A DNA stretch of 64,000 nucleotides from Nitrososphaeraceae archaeon (lineage in GTDB: Archaea; Thermoproteota; Nitrososphaeria; Nitrososphaerales; Nitrososphaeraceae): the NCBI GenBank assembly GCA_044870765.1, contig JBIOZG010000012.1, positions 64,001 through 128,000 of the forward strand, given 5' to 3'. Positions 10,630 to 20,971 of this stretch are shown piece by piece. The notes beneath the pieces were generated by a model that saw only the letters and a list, made by a program, of their open reading frames with translations, had not been told where the DNA came from and searched no databases. Numbering within the stretch: position 1 is the stretch's first letter; each line of letters begins with the position of its first letter. Made by a program: the position numbers and the translations under genes.

Positions 10630-10966
10630 GTAAGAAAAGAATGAAATGTTTGATGACTTGATTATTAGTTTGTGTTCGTATGATAATAGAGCGAAGTTTC
10701 TAATCAAATTTATTAGCGTTTTTGATTAGGCATGATATTGAAACGTTCAGAATGTGGTTGTAGTCATGATGACTGCAAAGCAAGTGTATCTCCCATTGAC
10801 TATACTGGGTGTTTTTTGGATGAATGTTGTTGCAAGTTGATAGTCAATTTTAACAATCAAGTATTTCTTAAATTGGAAGAAAAATCGTTGAAAAATTAAA
10901 CAATTCAATTGAAAAGTAGATATTGAAAAACAGCAAATTATGAACGAAATTACCGTTTGGTTAGTT

Positions 10967-11464
10967 TTACATGTTGGCATGAAATTGCTCAAAACTGTGT
11001 GAATAGATTTCAATTATATTTCCAAAAGGATCTGAGCAAAATACGAGTTTATGGTGTTTTTTAGGATTCAATTCGTAAATATCACTTAGTTGTCTTCCTC
11101 CAGTTTCAACAATCCTTTTTGTCAAATCCTCAATATTTCTTTCAGTGATGGCTACATGGATAATCCCGCCAGCCCAGTATTTAATTTGTTGATTTTTGAT
11201 CACTTGTTTGGGTTCAATAAACTGAAAAATTTCAAACCCTATATTATTTCCTGATGACATCCATACAATCCTTAATCTCCTAAATTTAGATCCGAAAATA
11301 TTCCGAAGAACGTTACCTATCCAGGTATCATTGATGTCTAATTCGGCGGGACCCCTAACCACTGTGAAACCCATTACTTCTTGATACCATTTCATACCTT
11401 TCTCTAAATCTGGAACGCTAATAGCAATGTGATTGATTATTTTTGGGGGATGAATTGGACACAT
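10967..11464 (-). CDS. VOC/glyoxalase family protein
   Basis: INHIAISVPDL, FEIFQF, HVAI, DPFGNIIEIY. Confidence 0.88.
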   Translation of the reverse strand: MCPIHPPKIINHIAISVPDLEKGMKWYQEVMGFTVVRGPAELDINDTWIGNVLRNIFGSKFRRLRIVWMSSGNNIGFEIFQFIEPKQVIKNQQIKYWAGGIIHVAITERNIEDLTKRIVETGGRQLSDIYELNPKKHHKLVFCSDPFGNIIEIYSHSFEQFHANM

Positions 11465-11524
11465 GGGTAATGATTATTGATAACACTCTGTCTTTTAATT
11501 TTATTGAGTTTTAATTCAGATTAG

Positions 11525-11851
11525 CTAAGTCTTGTCATGCTGTATAACAAAATCACTGTATTCCTCACCTTGTTCACCATATTCAATTTTTACCCCATCC
11601 ACTCTGGAATTCTCAGGACCTATTTTGCTCCATTGCACAACGTTGTTAACATCAATTTTATTTCCGCTCAACAAAGCCTCCACCTGCCCATCAGGTAGAT
11701 TTCGTACCCAGCCTACTACAGAATTTTTCTTTGCAATTTGTTGCATATTAAATCTAAAATAAACTCCTTGAACTTTACCCTTAATCAACAATCGAGCAGA
11801 AATAATCTCTTTATTGTCTCTCGCTGTATTCTTAGAGTCTCGGTAACTCAC
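11525..11851 (-). CDS. acyP: Acylphosphatase
   Basis: GKVQGVYFR and GWVRNLPDGQVE. Confidence 0.93.
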   Translation of the reverse strand: MSYRDSKNTARDNKEIISARLLIKGKVQGVYFRFNMQQIAKKNSVVGWVRNLPDGQVEALLSGNKIDVNNVVQWSKIGPENSRVDGVKIEYGEQGEEYSDFVIQHDKT

Positions 11852-11992
11852 AATATTTTTTGCGCAATGCTATTTTATATATATTCAATGAAAAGTTTTG
11901 GTTAGGGAATTTAGATCTTCTATTAGATTTCTTTAGGATGTAACTTATCCAAACCTTATATACTCAAATGATATGCATAATTCCATTATAAA

Positions 11993-13072
11993 ATGAGGAC
12001 TAAATTCGGCTTTACTCAAGGATTAAATATTGCCAGACTGGGTCTGGATGAAATACAAATTATGACAGCTTGTCAAATTGCCGACAGAATTGATTTTGAT
12101 TCAATCTGGTCAATGGATCATTCAAATGTACCTCAGTGGAAAAATGCAGTTGTTAATGATGCATGGTTGTTACTGGCGGCAATTGGTGCAGTCACAAGAA
12201 ATGTGGAATTAGGGACTTGCGTAACTGATGCAATTAGGCGACATCCCTCTACCATTGCTCTTTCATCAATTACATTGGATAGATTAACTAATGGCAGAGC
12301 TATTTTGGGTATTGGCGCAGGAGAAGCACAAAATGTAGTCGATTTTGGTATAGAGTTTAAAAAGCCGGTAACTAAATTTAAAGAGCAACTAGAAGTTATT
12401 GAGGCCCTTTTTGATTCCGATCCTGACAATAGAGTAAACTATAATGGTGAATACTACAAATTGATTAACGCATGTTTGCAGGCAAAGAGCATTAGAAAAC
12501 CTAGACCTCCAGTATATATCGCAGCAGGTGCCCCAAAGACCCTAGAACTGTGTGCGATTTATGGAGATGGTTGGATACCAATAGGTTATACTCCTGCATT
12601 GTTCCAACACCATGCAAATATTATCAGAGATCATGCAAAAAGAATTGGAAGAGATATAAGTGATTTTCAATTCGCAAATGACGTAGATGTCTATTTTACG
12701 GATGATGGCGAAGAAGCGTGGAATAAGATGAAGAATGCAGTCAAGGTTAGTCTATACAAACCAGAGCTGCTGAAGGTCCACAATATACAACAGGATTCAG
12801 AATTTGATTTCCGTAGGTACTTTACTGAGTATGCAATGAATAAACCAGAGCTAATGGAACAAATGAAAAGAGCTGCAATGCAAATCCCAGACGATGTAGC
12901 AAGAAGTGCAATAGGCGTTGGCAAACCGGATGACGTGATAGAAATGCTAGAACGATTTATGGAGGCTGGAACAAATCACTTTATAATTAGATTCTGGGGC
13001 GATGGATATTTTAAAAACATAGAAATGTTTGGTAAAAAGGTAATTCCCTATTTCAGAGAACAGGAAAAATAA
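11993..13072 (+). CDS. LLM-class (probably F420-dependent) oxidoreductase
   Basis: FDSIWSMDH, LDRLTNGRAILGIGAGE, YGDGWIP. Confidence 0.88.
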   Translation: MRTKFGFTQGLNIARLGLDEIQIMTACQIADRIDFDSIWSMDHSNVPQWKNAVVNDAWLLLAAIGAVTRNVELGTCVTDAIRRHPSTIALSSITLDRLTNGRAILGIGAGEAQNVVDFGIEFKKPVTKFKEQLEVIEALFDSDPDNRVNYNGEYYKLINACLQAKSIRKPRPPVYIAAGAPKTLELCAIYGDGWIPIGYTPALFQHHANIIRDHAKRIGRDISDFQFANDVDVYFTDDGEEAWNKMKNAVKVSLYKPELLKVHNIQQDSEFDFRRYFTEYAMNKPELMEQMKRAAMQIPDDVARSAIGVGKPDDVIEMLERFMEAGTNHFIIRFWGDGYFKNIEMFGKKVIPYFREQEK

Positions 13073-13134
13073 CTGTAGACATATGTATAGTAAAGATAGA
13101 TAATGAACGTTCTAATAATTAGATGTCAATAAAT

Positions 13135-14166
13135 TCAAGGATTTGATTTAGTAAAAAAAGTGTCTAGTTTAATCATAGTTTTATTTCTTTTTTCCGTCTT
13201 ACGAATAAGTGGATCCGCATCAAATCCCAATAGGTTTAAGTTTTCGGCAAAACTTTCAGCAAACCCGTGAAAAGTATAGATCTTTTCTGGGTTGCACTTC
13301 TTCACTACGGATATTAGATCATTATAATCACAATGGTCACTGAGAGGCAAACAATGATCCAATCCTAATGCATACTTGTAATATGACTTTACGGCCCATC
13401 CACTAAATCCGATGGATATGGCACCATATTTCTTCTTAATATATTTTAGAAAGCCATTTTTGCATGATGTAATTGGAGCTATTAATAACCACGGTTGGTG
13501 AGAAGAAAGCATGTCGGATCTTTCTGCGTCAGAGAATGTAACATAATTGTCCATACTGACCCCAAACTCTGAATAAAGTTTATTCATCTCATCTATAGAA
13601 TCATGCACGATTAATGGTTTCCAATGCCTAAATACATTTGTTAGAATTTGTGCTTTCCCTAGAGTGTACCCTAACAAGATAACTGGAAGACCACGGTGAT
13701 ACATTTCTGATATTATCAAATTAGCCTTGTGTATCGTGGTTTCAAAATTTGGAAAAACGTAATCAGGATGGCCGAAGGTAGATTCTATTATGAGAATTTT
13801 TGCTTTGGGTACTACCGCCGCATCCATAAATGCTCTTTTTCTTATTGATATATCTCCAGTGTAATACATTTGATCTTTTATGAGCAGTCCATTTGATCCG
13901 AGAATATGTCCTGAATTTAGTAATTCAAATCCATGTTGTTCAAACGTTTCCCCATATTTGTATCCGCGATGCATTGCAATTTTGTGAGTTATCTTTGAGG
14001 TGATAATCTTATTACCGTTTTCCTTAACGCATTTATATAGATGATCGGTATGTGCGTGAGAAATGAAAATGAGATCAGAATTTGGCTGCCTATTTGGATC
14101 AAGGTATAACTTTTTACCCTTGCTGTCGACAGTTATACCATAGTTATCCACACAAACATCAAGCAT
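13135..14166 (-). CDS. MBL-fold/beta-CASP nuclease
   Basis: ISHAHTDH, GHILGS, YTGD, ESTFG, LSDHCD, FHG. Confidence 0.88.
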   Translation of the reverse strand: MLDVCVDNYGITVDSKGKKLYLDPNRQPNSDLIFISHAHTDHLYKCVKENGNKIITSKITHKIAMHRGYKYGETFEQHGFELLNSGHILGSNGLLIKDQMYYTGDISIRKRAFMDAAVVPKAKILIIESTFGHPDYVFPNFETTIHKANLIISEMYHRGLPVILLGYTLGKAQILTNVFRHWKPLIVHDSIDEMNKLYSEFGVSMDNYVTFSDAERSDMLSSHQPWLLIAPITSCKNGFLKYIKKKYGAISIGFSGWAVKSYYKYALGLDHCLPLSDHCDYNDLISVVKKCNPEKIYTFHGFAESFAENLNLLGFDADPLIRKTEKRNKTMIKLDTFFTKSNP

Positions 14167-14315
14167 CAGTTTCTTTGAATTTTGCTGAGTATATTAATTT
14201 TAGTACATGAATTTCGATAAAAAATTGTTAACTTTTTTTAGGTTGGTCTTGAACGATAATAAACAATGGTTGCTGAAGTAAAATTTAAGTTATATTAAAT
14301 TTCTAGTTTTGAGTA

Positions 14316-14978
14316 ATGATACTGACTCGATATTGGTTTATTATTTCTGTTATAAGTTTGAGTGCAGTACTTGTTATTTTTGAGATTTTTATTTTTTATC
14401 CGCATAATGATTTTGATTCCTATGTCTATGGACAGACTCCCGTTACCGAACTTCCTAATTTGGGTGTCGAGCGAACAAACTCCTCTTTCAATGCTGAGGG
14501 AACAATAAACACTGTCTTGTTTTTGAGAGGTGAATCCAATGACACACAACCAGTAGTTAATGATATCAATACGAACCTTTCTTCAAAGTATCTTCTTGGA
14601 GGGAAGTGGAGAGCCGATGTCTTAAGGGACAATGTAACATATTTTAAAACCAACTTTACTATGATTGAAACTGATGGCCGCAATATTCATTATCACACGA
14701 TTGTCTATAAGCCAATTTCAAAACAATCAGTAAGTCAAGACATGCAAGGTAAACTAGGGACTTTTTTTAAAAATAAGGGTAGCAACTCTTCAGGGTTTAA
14801 TTGCAATGTGGATGTATATACAAATGGGGTATTAGAATGGGAAAACGTTCCTATAAGAGTATCATTCATAAATTCAAAAGTAATAATGATTGATATAAAA
14901 GATGAAAAAACTGTTGAACATTTTTTGAAAAGTCCTATTTATGGATTGATAAATTCGATCGATCTTACCCAGCAATAG
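14316..14978 (+). CDS. Hypothetical membrane-anchored/secreted protein
   Basis: N-terminal hydrophobic helix followed by a beta-rich domain. Confidence 0.7.
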   Translation: MILTRYWFIISVISLSAVLVIFEIFIFYPHNDFDSYVYGQTPVTELPNLGVERTNSSFNAEGTINTVLFLRGESNDTQPVVNDINTNLSSKYLLGGKWRADVLRDNVTYFKTNFTMIETDGRNIHYHTIVYKPISKQSVSQDMQGKLGTFFKNKGSNSSGFNCNVDVYTNGVLEWENVPIRVSFINSKVIMIDIKDEKTVEHFLKSPIYGLINSIDLTQQ

Positions 14979-15065
14979 AATTTATTGAATGACTGTCACG
15001 TCAATTCATGACCACTTAGTCATTCGAGTGATGTGTATTTCGAACTATAAAGTTCGTATTCAATA

Positions 15066-16094
15066 CTATGTGATTACCCTATTTAGTTTTCTTTTATCAA
15101 TTGCGTTTTTAATTTCAAAGGCAATTCTCCTACCCATACTCATGTCATGTTGAAAAAGGAAATCAGAATATTGAGAACCAGAAACGTAGAGATTTGTCCC
15201 AGCAACTATTCTAGCAGAAAACTCAAAGGCAATAAACTTTGCATCCTTAGTATATACCCCTTCCAAACAAAATGGTCCAGGGATACCTGGAGGTATTAGC
15301 CTTTCAGAAGCTCGCACAAAATTATCGCCCATCTTATACACATCGTCGAGAAGTGATTCTCTGAGAACTAATGGAATATTTCCAATTACGTTATAGGTAG
15401 GCTCCATTGGATCATTAAGCTGATGCTTTGAAGGAATTCTAGAAATTCCATCAATATCAGATTCATACCTTCTATCTACGCCCATGAATTCTATATCTCC
15501 GGATATTGGAGAATAAAAGTAGTGTAGGAATACTGGAACTCCCTTAACATATTCTTGTATATATAGATCATTTTCATCTTTAATGACGTTTTCATTCAAG
15601 AGCTTGTTGTACCCTTCATCAAAACCATTCCGATCTGATGCAAGAAAATATCCTTTGCCCCCGGCAGCTCCATGTAACTTTACAATGCAAAGATCCTTGA
15701 TTTCAGCCTTAGATCTTATAGTTGTGGGTATATTTAATTTTGATTCTAACATCAGTTTTTCTTTAAGGTTTCTATCTGCCTCCCACCTTAAAATGAGTTT
15801 ATTACCAAAAAAAGGTACATCAATATTTTCTATTTCTTCGGAGCTTAAGGATGAGATGAGAGTACCGTGAGGGATAAGGATACATTCCAATTTATTCAAT
15901 CTTTTTTGGAAATCTGATTCTAGTATATCCCTAAATTTATCTACCAGCATAACATGATCAATAAAGTTAAATCTTTTGTACACATGATAACGCTTTTTTT
16001 CAGTTATCAGAAGCGTCCTAAATCCTTCATCCTTTGCGCCTTTCAGTACCTGAAGTGAACAATGAGATCCTAGAGTTCCAATGATCTTTGTCAA
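15066..16094 (-). CDS. purP: 5-formaminoimidazole-4-carboxamide ribonucleotide synthetase (PurP family)
   Basis: GSHCSLQVLKGAKDEG, GGKGYF, DRRYES, GPFCLE, FEFSARIVAGTN. Confidence 0.9.
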   Translation of the reverse strand: MTKIIGTLGSHCSLQVLKGAKDEGFRTLLITEKKRYHVYKRFNFIDHVMLVDKFRDILESDFQKRLNKLECILIPHGTLISSLSSEEIENIDVPFFGNKLILRWEADRNLKEKLMLESKLNIPTTIRSKAEIKDLCIVKLHGAAGGKGYFLASDRNGFDEGYNKLLNENVIKDENDLYIQEYVKGVPVFLHYFYSPISGDIEFMGVDRRYESDIDGISRIPSKHQLNDPMEPTYNVIGNIPLVLRESLLDDVYKMGDNFVRASERLIPPGIPGPFCLEGVYTKDAKFIAFEFSARIVAGTNLYVSGSQYSDFLFQHDMSMGRRIAFEIKNAIDKRKLNRVIT

Positions 16095-16172
16095 ACTAAC
16101 TATCGTATGGATTACTAAGACTAGGAAATTAATATTATTCGAAATTTTGTTAATTTGGCCGAAACTTTCTAG

Positions 16173-16361
16173 TTATTTGCCCGAGCTTGTTAGAAATTCT
16201 GCAATCAGTTTTATGACAAAAGCAATACCGCCCACGAAGCCTATACCCAATAGCACTAGTCTTAGGTGAGTCATATAGTCATCCTTGCTAGTTTTTTTTG
16301 CTAGTTTCAATGTCTGAATTATTTCTACTACTTTATGTTGTACGAATGACAAAAATTCCAC
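16173..16361 (-). CDS. secE: Protein translocase SecE/Sec61-gamma
   Basis: LKLAKK...LLGIGFVGGIAFVIKL, 62 aa. Confidence 0.88.
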   Translation of the reverse strand: MEFLSFVQHKVVEIIQTLKLAKKTSKDDYMTHLRLVLLGIGFVGGIAFVIKLIAEFLTSSGK

Positions 16362-16697
16362 ATTTTATCGCATTATTACATTATTTGAATCTACCGAAAT
16401 TGAAAAAACAACTACGCGAGTGGAATATCGGAGGATGAATGGATGATAAGTAGTCTTATAAATAGTGAGAGTAAAAATTACTAATAGGCGAAATAATGTT
16501 TTAACATTTAGGGGCAAATAAAGCATTGTCAATTTTCTTGACTTAAAATGGCGTCCAAATTCATGTCTTTTATCTCACATGCAATCTGGGAGACGGATCT
16601 CATTACCAAATATGGATTTTAGCGCCATATTGTGTTACTGCATTCGGCTATATCACGTTTCGTTAATTGTTTGCTCTTCTTAGGCGTGAATGACAGA

Positions 16698-17150
16698 TTA
16701 TGAAGTGAATACGCGATCTTTTTCGGTTCTTTGCATCTCAACGAACGTTTCAGTATTTTGAACTCCTTCTATCTTGCCAATTTGTTTTATAACAACGTTG
16801 TGGAGTTCTTCGAGAGTGGTAGCACTGATAGCTACCAAGATATCGAACCTACCTGTCACCTCAGATATTGATATTATTTGAAATATTTTCAAAAGTGAAG
16901 TATGTATTTCTCTTTTTAATTTGGGATCTCTATTTATTCCAACGACGGCCTTGACATTTATTCCCAAAAGAGGTTCGTTCACGATTATAGTCGATTTTTG
17001 GATCAAATTTCTTTTATAAAGACGCTTAATTCTGCTATACAGGACTGAAGAATTGGTTGATAATAGTTTACTTAATCGAGGCACCGAAATATTAGCATTC
17101 TTACACAGTTCCGACAATATTTTCATGTCTAAATCGTCGAATTTTTGCAA
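16698..17150 (-). CDS. Lrp/AsnC transcriptional regulator
   Basis: N-terminal HTH (DDLDMKIL...RIKRL) and EVTGRFDI. Confidence 0.9.
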   Translation of the reverse strand: MQKFDDLDMKILSELCKNANISVPRLSKLLSTNSSVLYSRIKRLYKRNLIQKSTIIVNEPLLGINVKAVVGINRDPKLKREIHTSLLKIFQIISISEVTGRFDILVAISATTLEELHNVVIKQIGKIEGVQNTETFVEMQRTEKDRVFTS

Positions 17151-17401
17151 TATCTAGTCAATAATAATCCGAGTATTAATAAATGTAGTTTTTAGCAAGA
17201 TTTTGTTAACTATAAAACTAGTAAAGGACACACTGGAAAAAGTACAACCAATTCTTAAATGGAAATTAAAATATCACTTAATTTGTTCATGATTGAGTTG
17301 AATATCAAAAAATATCTTGAAACTGTATGCCTACTTATTGCGCTGTACCAAATTATTGAAAAAACTATATATATTTAAGAAGCCATATTTAGGCTCACCT
17401 A

Positions 17402-17809
17402 ATGCTACTTCCATCAGAAATTGAATCTAAATTATTAATACCTGCAGTAAGAGCAATATTATCGAAAGAGCTTGTAATCGAAAAAGGATTAAAGGAAGAG
17501 GAGGTAGCAAGATTACTTGGGATAACTCAAGCTGCAGTAAGCAATTATCTGAGAGGCACGCGTGGTGATAATGAAATAATAGCAAAACTATTATCATTAA
17601 GCGAAATCATGAGTATGATAAAAGAAATTCGCGATGATCTTTCTACAAATAGGGCATACACTGCAAAGACACTATCTAAATTTATTGCACTATGCAATTA
17701 TATGCGCTACTCACTCATCATATGCGACGCACATCATAGTCTTGAAAGAAACATTGATGAAAAGGTATGTGAACAATGTAAAGTTACCCTGACTGGTACC
17801 AAACAGTAA
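17402..17809 (+). CDS. Archaeal HTH transcriptional regulator with Cys/His-rich C-terminus
   Basis: LLPSEI...PAVRA...LGITQAAVSNYLRGTRG; CDAH...CEQC. Confidence 0.85.
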   Translation: MLLPSEIESKLLIPAVRAILSKELVIEKGLKEEEVARLLGITQAAVSNYLRGTRGDNEIIAKLLSLSEIMSMIKEIRDDLSTNRAYTAKTLSKFIALCNYMRYSLIICDAHHSLERNIDEKVCEQCKVTLTGTKQ

Positions 17810-17834
17810 ATAACTGTTGCAAACAGTAGAAATT

Positions 17835-19202
17835 CTATTTCGGTTTTTCGGTACGAATCATATTCAAGACATTTGGGATAACTTCCGACCCTTTTAGGGT
17901 TCCAATCGATCCCTTATTTGCCCATGATTCGGTAAAGCGCTGACTTCCATCACCTTTGATACCATCTCCAGATACCAATAATGGAATTGGGTCATCCGTG
18001 TGTGATTTTTTAACGCAAGGTGTAGAGTGATCACCAGAGATTACTACGACGTGTTGTCTTGACATGTATTTCAAAAACATGCCAAAGAAATTTTCATCGA
18101 TTGATTCAATGTTAGATTTCTTGCCCAATGCGTCGCCATCATGTCCAAATTCGTCTGGTCCTTTAATGTGAACATAAACAAGATTATAAGAGTTAAGAAT
18201 TTCTGCGACTTCTTTTGCCTTTTGTTTATAATCATCTATTTTTTCTGAACGAAATAGATCCATCCCTATTATTTTAGCTATTCCAATCTCTACAGGCATA
18301 TCGACTAGGCAGGAGGCGGAAATTCCAAACTTCTCGTTAATCGGCTGGAGATGCGGCACACTATTCCCTGCATCTCGTAGCAATATTACGTTCATCGGTT
18401 TCTTACTGTTTGAAATTCTAGCCAGATTTACTGGATGTTCCTTCATCAAGACAATGGATTTGCAAGTAAATTCATTGACAATTCTTGCGGACAGCTTGGA
18501 GGATTCAGAATCTTCTTCTGGCTGAGATTCTTGAACTTCCATATTCTCAACGTTAGTATTGGCAATTCCAATTCCGTTCAATTTACCGTAGGCAGGATCG
18601 GTATTAGTTATTTTATCAGAGAGAAATTTCTTGTTATGTCTAAATTTAATAATTACACGGTGAGAAATAGTTGGATTTATTTTAACTGACACACCTGGAT
18701 CGTCAAATTTTAAATTTTGTACTAGATATGAACAGATATTGTTGGCTTCTTGCCTTGTGATATCCCGACCCGCACGCCTATCAATTATTTTATTGTCATC
18801 TAAAGTGGCAAAGTTTCCTCTTAATGCAAGGTCTCCATCACGGAAATCAATGTCAGATCCTACTATTTCCACAATTCCTCTTCCAGCATACTTTTTCCCC
18901 TCAAAATTATAACCTAGCATATTAAATACGGCAATATCTGATTGAGGGGATATTCCTTTTCCTACGCTTATCACTTGACCCATTTTTCCCTTTCTTGCCA
19001 GAGAATCAATATTCGGAGTCGTTGCTGCCTCAAGTGGAGTATGACCATTCAATTGAGGATTCGGAAGATCGCCTATTCCATCAAGTAGAACATACAATAC
19101 TCTCAAATCTGGATTATCAGACAATGTTTGAAGAGAAAAGATACCATGATTTATCTGTAATGTCATTGACAAGAAATCTTTTTTTTGCGAATTTGTGTAC
19201 AC
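17835..19202 (-). CDS. apgM: 2,3-bisphosphoglycerate-independent phosphoglycerate mutase (archaeal type)
   Basis: LDGIGD, TPLEAA, HIKGPDEFGHDG, GDHSTP; true start probably downstream of 19202. Confidence 0.92.
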   Translation of the reverse strand: MYTNSQKKDFLSMTLQINHGIFSLQTLSDNPDLRVLYVLLDGIGDLPNPQLNGHTPLEAATTPNIDSLARKGKMGQVISVGKGISPQSDIAVFNMLGYNFEGKKYAGRGIVEIVGSDIDFRDGDLALRGNFATLDDNKIIDRRAGRDITRQEANNICSYLVQNLKFDDPGVSVKINPTISHRVIIKFRHNKKFLSDKITNTDPAYGKLNGIGIANTNVENMEVQESQPEEDSESSKLSARIVNEFTCKSIVLMKEHPVNLARISNSKKPMNVILLRDAGNSVPHLQPINEKFGISASCLVDMPVEIGIAKIIGMDLFRSEKIDDYKQKAKEVAEILNSYNLVYVHIKGPDEFGHDGDALGKKSNIESIDENFFGMFLKYMSRQHVVVISGDHSTPCVKKSHTDDPIPLLVSGDGIKGDGSQRFTESWANKGSIGTLKGSEVIPNVLNMIRTEKPK

Positions 19203-19244
19203 AAAGAATTAAAAAGAACTGAGGCAATAGGTGTTTAAGACAAA

Positions 19245-19541
19245 TTGAGAATCATGGCTATTGGGAGTAGAATTTTTGTAACAAGCTTTCAATTAGCAGG
19301 TGTCGAAGGTATTAAGGTTGAATCTGCAACCGAGGCTCTTCATCATATTAATGGCTTAGATAACGTTAGTGATGTGGGCCTTGTTCTAATAAGCGAAGAC
19401 ATTGGCAAAGAAATTCGAACCCAACTAACAAATATCAGAGCTAAACGTCCAATTCCACTAATTTTTGAATTACCTGCACCTGGCGGCAGTAGGGAAAATG
19501 TAGATTATAGAGCTTTACTAAAACAGATTTTGGGTGTGTAA
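19245..19541 (+). CDS. atpF: A/V-type ATP synthase subunit F
   Basis: 98 aa; FQLAGV, PLIFELP, LKQILGV; outside the ATPase operon. Confidence 0.85.
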   Translation: MRIMAIGSRIFVTSFQLAGVEGIKVESATEALHHINGLDNVSDVGLVLISEDIGKEIRTQLTNIRAKRPIPLIFELPAPGGSRENVDYRALLKQILGV

Positions 19542-19680
19542 TTTAATTTCTATTTTAACTTGACTGTGGATGCTAAACTGAAATCTTGAAAAATCAATCT
19601 ATCAGATCATTAATTATTATGAACTTGTTTTTTTTTTGAAAGCGTATAGTCTATATTTTCCAATTAATTAACGATAGCAA

Positions 19681-20883
19681 TTGCTCGATATAGTGCTGCT
19701 TGCAGTCCTGATACCAATTAATGTTGGAATTCTTGCTTGTTGGACTTATTTTCTTATTTTTATCATCTGGTCAATTTCCAGGTCACCAAAACTGGAATGG
19801 TCCGCACGATTTCGAATAGATTCAAAACCCAAGGTTAGCATTATAGTTCCTGCGAGAAACGAAGAAGGTACAATATTAAAATGTCTGCAATCTCTGTTAT
19901 CGCAAGACTATGACAAATATGAAGTAATTGCGATCGATGATTCATCGACCGACAGGACCTTGTCAATCATCTCAAAATTGTCTGAAATAGATAATAAATT
20001 GATAACAGTGAAATCACCACCAAGACCTAATGATTGGGTTGGTAAGAATTGGGCATGTTTCCAGGGATATAAAAAATCGACAGGAGAAATCCTATTGTTT
20101 ACTGATGCCGATAGTGTCCATAAACCTGATGCACTATCATCTGCAATTAATACAATGATCCATGATGATCTGGATGCGGTCACACTCGTCCCTAAATTAT
20201 TATGCTATGATTTGATTACGAAATTTACTTTACCCGTACTATCTGTGTTTTTACATTCCAGATACTCACCACTTCGGGTAAATAATCCAAAAAACAAAAT
20301 CGGCTATTTTTTTGGCAGTTTTTATCTTATATCTAAAAAGAATTATGAGAAAATCGGCACACATGAGCAAGTGCGTCAGGAATTAGTCGAAGATGGAGCT
20401 CTTGGACGTAGAGTGAAAGAGCAAGGAATGAAATTAAGATTAGTTAGAGGTGAAAATTATGTTGAAGCAACCTGGGCTCGTGATCCCCGTTCTCTCTGGC
20501 ATGCCTTGCGTCGTATAATTATCCCGTTGCGATCACAAAAAAGAAAATCTGCATTAATGGCTACAGCTTTTATCTTCTTTATCTTATTGGAGCCAGTTCT
20601 AATTCTACCGCTTTCCTTGTTATATTTTCCAGATAGTCAGTTCAGAGGACTTTTACTAACTGTCAATTTGCTAATAATTTTCCTGTTGCTTGCATGTGCA
20701 GTTGTACAGTCTCATTTCGGTCTCCTACAAAAATCGATATATGGAGCAGGTTTTGTAGTAGGATGTACGGTGATAACGGTTTGCTTCTTATTATCCGTAT
20801 TTGAGTTAAAGGGGAATAGAGTAGTAAAGTGGCGCGATAGAAGTTATTTTGTCGGCACCAAGCAGCATCCATTTCATCTATAA
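19681..20883 (+). CDS. GT2 family membrane glycosyltransferase
   Basis: IIVPARNEE, DDSSTD, WVGKNWAC, LFTDAD, ED; TM helices at both ends. Confidence 0.9.
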   Translation: MLDIVLLAVLIPINVGILACWTYFLIFIIWSISRSPKLEWSARFRIDSKPKVSIIVPARNEEGTILKCLQSLLSQDYDKYEVIAIDDSSTDRTLSIISKLSEIDNKLITVKSPPRPNDWVGKNWACFQGYKKSTGEILLFTDADSVHKPDALSSAINTMIHDDLDAVTLVPKLLCYDLITKFTLPVLSVFLHSRYSPLRVNNPKNKIGYFFGSFYLISKKNYEKIGTHEQVRQELVEDGALGRRVKEQGMKLRLVRGENYVEATWARDPRSLWHALRRIIIPLRSQKRKSALMATAFIFFILLEPVLILPLSLLYFPDSQFRGLLLTVNLLIIFLLLACAVVQSHFGLLQKSIYGAGFVVGCTVITVCFLLSVFELKGNRVVKWRDRSYFVGTKQHPFHL

Positions 20884-20945
20884 GTGTGTCAAAAAGAAAT
20901 GAAATTAGAAATGACAATCATTCGTTGAAACAAATTATTAATAAT

Positions 20946-20971
20946 AATGCCCATCAATAATAATGGGCATT
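20946..20971. promoter_or_regulatory. 9-bp inverted repeat at the cofG start (candidate operator or start-occluding hairpin)
   Basis: AATGCCCAT-N8-ATGGGCATT just downstream of an AT-rich TATA-like tract and overlapping the TTG. Confidence 0.4.

Noticed and set aside
16548-16628. TCCA-AAT ... TGGA-TTT as a BHB motif, or the cloverleaf as a tRNA
   Set aside because: The flanking helices do not fit BHB geometry, and there is no T-loop or D-loop consensus.
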